Shown here: piece by piece, positions 36,015 through 39,166 of the stretch
How the letters are laid out: each line of letters starts with the position of its first letter
Numbering within the stretch: position 1 is the first letter of the stretch
NCBI RefSeq assembly: GCF_001194135.2
Contig: NC_068983.1
Span: 153,332,243-153,371,408, forward strand
Length of the DNA stretch: 39,166 bases
From: Octopus bimaculoides
Taxonomy: Eukaryota
Direction: 5' to 3'
Translations under genes and position numbers: made by a program
The notes under the pieces: model-generated
What the model was told of the DNA's origin: nothing
The model's input: only the letters and a program-made list of their open reading frames with translations
Databases searched by the model: none

Positions 36015-36178
36015 NNNNNNNNNNNNNNNNNNNNNNNNNNNNNNNNNNNNNNNNNNNNNNNNNNNNNNNNNNNNNNNNNNNNNNNNNNNNNNNNNNNNNN
36101 NNNNNNNNNNNNNNNNNNNNNNNNNNNNNNNNNNNNNNNNNNNNNNNNNNNNNNNNNNNNNNNNNNNNNNNNNNNNNN
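36015..36178. other. Assembly gap (164 N) between (CA)n and (TA)n
   Basis: N run. Confidence 1.
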
Positions 36179-36729
36179 ATATATATATATATATACATAT
36201 GTATGCATGTATACATACATATATGATCAGCAGTAAAACTTGATGAACAAAGGGCTATTTCTCTACGCTCCAATAACAGAATATGATGTGCAACACTGAA
36301 AAAATTCTACACAATACGATATATTTCAAACGTTCTCATTCAGATCCTGTAATGGTATATTTATCAAGATCCTCTGAGGAGAGACGTACGACTTGAATTG
36401 GTTAGTTTCGCGGTCATTCGTGCAAATTGAACCTATAATTTGAAAGAACTTGACATTGCAATACAAATTTAAATTTATTACAAAATTCTGTATTTTATTA
36501 AATTGGAAATATAATATATAATATAATTGCTACAGATTATGTTAAAGAAATTGAAATCTAGGTTTGGCAATTCCACTGATGCAGCATGACAGTATAAGTG
36601 CACTACTGAGAGACCTCTGTGCTTTTTAGTACATACGTGTGTACAAAATGCAATATCTGGAGGCATATCGCAGTTTCATGATATTTTGTGTATCCACACA
36701 TAATGAACTAAATATCTAACTATTGTTGT

Positions 36730-36883
36730 TGGTGGGTTGTAAGAAGTTTACTCACTAATAACAAGTTTCTGTAATCTGTCACATGGGGTGTGACCTATGG
36801 CAAGTGTCTTGTACTATAGCCTCGGGCTATAGTACAAGACCTTGAGAGTCACATTTGTAAACGGAGACTTAAAGAAGCCCAAC

Positions 36884-36926
<43 letters not shown>
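36730..36926 (+). mobile_element. SINE family A, diverged copy with (TA)n tail and an internal perfect inverted repeat
   Basis: gtaagaagtttactc...gtgacctatggcaagtgtctt...aaacggagacttaaagaagcccaacgtatata aligns with 38757-38938. Confidence 0.75.
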
Positions 36927-36928
<2 letters not shown>

Positions 36929-37177
36929 CTAATAGGGTAGTGTTCATTAAAAATGCTCCTTAATGTATCATTAAACTAAACATATGGAGTATACGATACG
37001 TATATAATACTTTCTTTTACCTGAGGGCGTAGCGTAAATTATGCATTACTTTGAAGACGTTTTTTTATAGTAATGTAAATTATTTACATGTTTCTTAAGT
37101 TGCAAAACGTGTGTTATTAGAATTTTATTATTGTTAAATAAAATTTCGTCAAACTATTTCAACGTCATTTATGACTT

Positions 37178-37220
<43 letters not shown>

Positions 37221-37270
37221 ATACATATGTATATGTATGTATGTATTTATGTATGTATGTATGTATGTAT

Positions 37271-37440
37271 GGGAGAATTTACGAAAAAAACAACAACAGT
37301 CGAGAACAGGTGGTGTAAACAACAAAAGGATGTATTAGTTTAACGCTCGGGAATAGAGAAAGTCTTTAACGTTTCGAGCTACTCTCTTCAACAGAAAGAA
37401 TAAGGAGAAAACAAGGAGAAAAACATGGAGAAAAAAATTT
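37271..37440 (-). repeat. Dispersed repeat family D, copy 2 (contains a hammerhead-like motif)
   Basis: The reverse complement aligns with 27850-27990. Confidence 0.85.
37363..37400 (-). ncRNA. Minimal type I hammerhead-like motif, variant core
   Basis: Minus strand reads ttcttt-CTGTTGA-A-GAG-agtag-CTC-GAAAC-GTT-aaaga. Stem I is a perfect 5 bp (tcttt/aaaga), stem II is 3 bp, and there is a loopless palindromic ACGT at stem III with triplet GTT. Position 6 is U instead of A. Confidence 0.55.
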
Positions 37441-37499
37441 GAATGTCGTGGTCAGCGATCTATCATGGCGACTGTATGTATGTATGTATGTGTGCGTGA

Positions 37500-37597
37500 A
37501 TATCCACCACAGCCCAATTGACAACCGGTGTTGTGTTTACGGTCCCGTAACTTAGCAGCACTGCAAAAGTGACTGATAGTATAAGTACCAGATTTTA
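37500..37597 (+). mobile_element. SINE family A, 3' part
   Basis: ttgacaaccggtgttgtgtttacggtcccgtaacttagc aligns with 17112-17165 and with the reverse complement of 31226-31262. Confidence 0.75.
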
Positions 37598-38756
37598 ATG
37601 TTAATGTCGAACATATTTTTTCGAAACGTTAGTTCATTAAGCAACGTAGTTTTGAAATTATCCAAGTTGTATATATTTTTTTACGCATTGATATTTGATT
37701 TACGCACACAGCCAATAATTTTGACACGTAGGGTGCAATCGATAACAACGCACCCAATACTTGACTGCTATTTTACCGATCACGAAACAATCAATGAAAG
37801 TGTTTACCCGGAGGAGATTTGAAATCAGTAAAGTAAAGAGATTCAACAAAGGGATTTTTTCCCCAAACTCTATCGATTGTGTCAGCTGCCTACCTAGCGT
37901 ATTCTTTTCATAATAGTAGGCTCAAGCATTTAGACGAATTCCTCCTGGTTGATAATACGCATTTATGAGGTTGTGATGAATTTGTTATATAATTTAATCG
38001 ATAATATGATGCTTTGAGGTACGAAAATACTATATTCGAAATGAGAAATTTCTATGTGGCATATAATTCTTTAATTTTAAATCCTTCAAAGTAAGTATTT
38101 AAACATAACTATTTTTGAGCTATATTCTTGCCTTAAAATATCATTGAATAGATAAACGTTTTACTATCCTCAATTCACGAACAATTTCTGATCAATGGAA
38201 TTTTGCTTTCCCTAAATATAAGTGCAAATCATGCCTGTAATTCGTATTTTTAAGAATTAAGTCCTCTATCGTTTTTATGTTTAAACAAAGACATGTTTGC
38301 TGGCAATGTAGGGAAATACAGCTTTGTTTCGTCGTCGTTTTGAATTTTCTCAGGAGAAAATTTAAAACTAATTCTTTACGACACTATCTTAATATAGACT
38401 TCAAGCAATTAAAACAATCGATGCTTTCTTCGTCATGAGGGAATGTATTCACGTAATTCACTCATCGTTTCCACATGTTAAATGAGTTCTCAATTAGTGT
38501 AAAGATCTTTTATTCATAAGTTTTCTGAAATCTTTCTTTTCACACAACAGTAGATCACTACATAAGGTATTGTTTTCCCGAGCATAGTCAAACCAACTTT
38601 GCATACGTGTGATTTTACCGAATCGTGTAACATACGTCCCATGTCAACATTAACAAGTTTTTCATTTGTTTTTCATTTTCATTTGATGGTTTTTCATTTG
38701 TAAGAAGAGTTTCTGTGTTTGCAGAATACGTATTATATACATACATGCATGCATCT

Positions 38757-38938
38757 AGGCTCAGGCGTGGCTATGAGGTAAGAAGCTTGCTTCTCAACCA
38801 CATAGTCCCGGGTTCAGTCCCACAGCGTGGCACCTTGGGCGACTGCCTACTACTATGATCTCAGGGTGACCAAAGCTCTGTGAGTGGATTTGGTTGACGG
38901 AAAATGAAAGCCCGTCGTATATATATATATATATATAT
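38757..38938 (+). mobile_element. SINE family A, 5' half with tRNA-like head and (TA)n tail
   Basis: A-box-like tggctatgagg (38768-78) and B-box-like ggttcagtccc (38811-21). The body is shared with three other copies in the window. Confidence 0.85.
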
Positions 38939-39166
38939 AGTTCAGCATAGGAGGGACATTATACCGGTAGGATAAATACATGCACTATTCTGGTCCTTTA
39001 TTGTTATTTTTAATTAATGAGTTAGTTACTCTGTTAATCAATCTATTGATCAGCCGTTTTTTACTAGTTTTTCATTCTCATATGTTAAAGGCTTTGGTCA
39101 AATAGTCAATCGTTCAAATTTTCAGTATTGTGTTAGTGTTGTCATTTCTTATTCTGTCAAATAGTT

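Noticed and set aside
1975-36273. Long ORFs of 200-300 aa in the track (e.g. 1975-2679, 10370-11279, 24881-25808, 31575-32507)
   Set aside because: They consist of N-runs and YI/CV/SL dipeptide repeats, so they are artefacts.
37598-37822. ORF ending ILDCYFTDHETI, resembling an APE-endonuclease SDH motif
   Set aside because: A single terminal motif with no upstream GDFN or other anchors.

Overview
This is an AT-rich, non-coding animal draft-assembly window with 12 N-gaps (about 3.06 kb in total) and dense microsatellites. The repeat families resemble ones I recall from Octopus genomes; that is an inference from memory, not a search result. I cannot support any intact protein-coding gene, rRNA, tRNA or CRISPR array, and the long ORFs in the track are artefacts of N-runs and simple repeats. 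What the sequence does support: (i) a decayed Penelope-like retroelement (PLE) with RT C-terminus, GIY-YIG endonuclease and 3' tail at ~2875-4790 (-); (ii) a second, different PLE endonuclease remnant at ~28220-28740 (-); (iii) a decayed RTE-clade LINE at ~19330-20436 (-), possibly extending to ~21400; (iv) several copies of two tRNA-type SINE families and two further dispersed repeat families. The most interesting signal is a set of hammerhead-ribozyme-like motifs from at least three unrelated sequence contexts. One has a fully canonical catalytic core at 27359-27409, flanked by TA-rich DNA. Two are minimal variant-core copies inside one repeat family (27872-27910 +, 37363-37400 -). One is a decayed copy at the 3' end of the PLE (2878-2908 -). 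PLE-associated hammerheads are a known class; whether these families are described or active cannot be told from sequence alone. One SINE copy also carries a perfect 16-bp inverted repeat that looks like a template-switch event.
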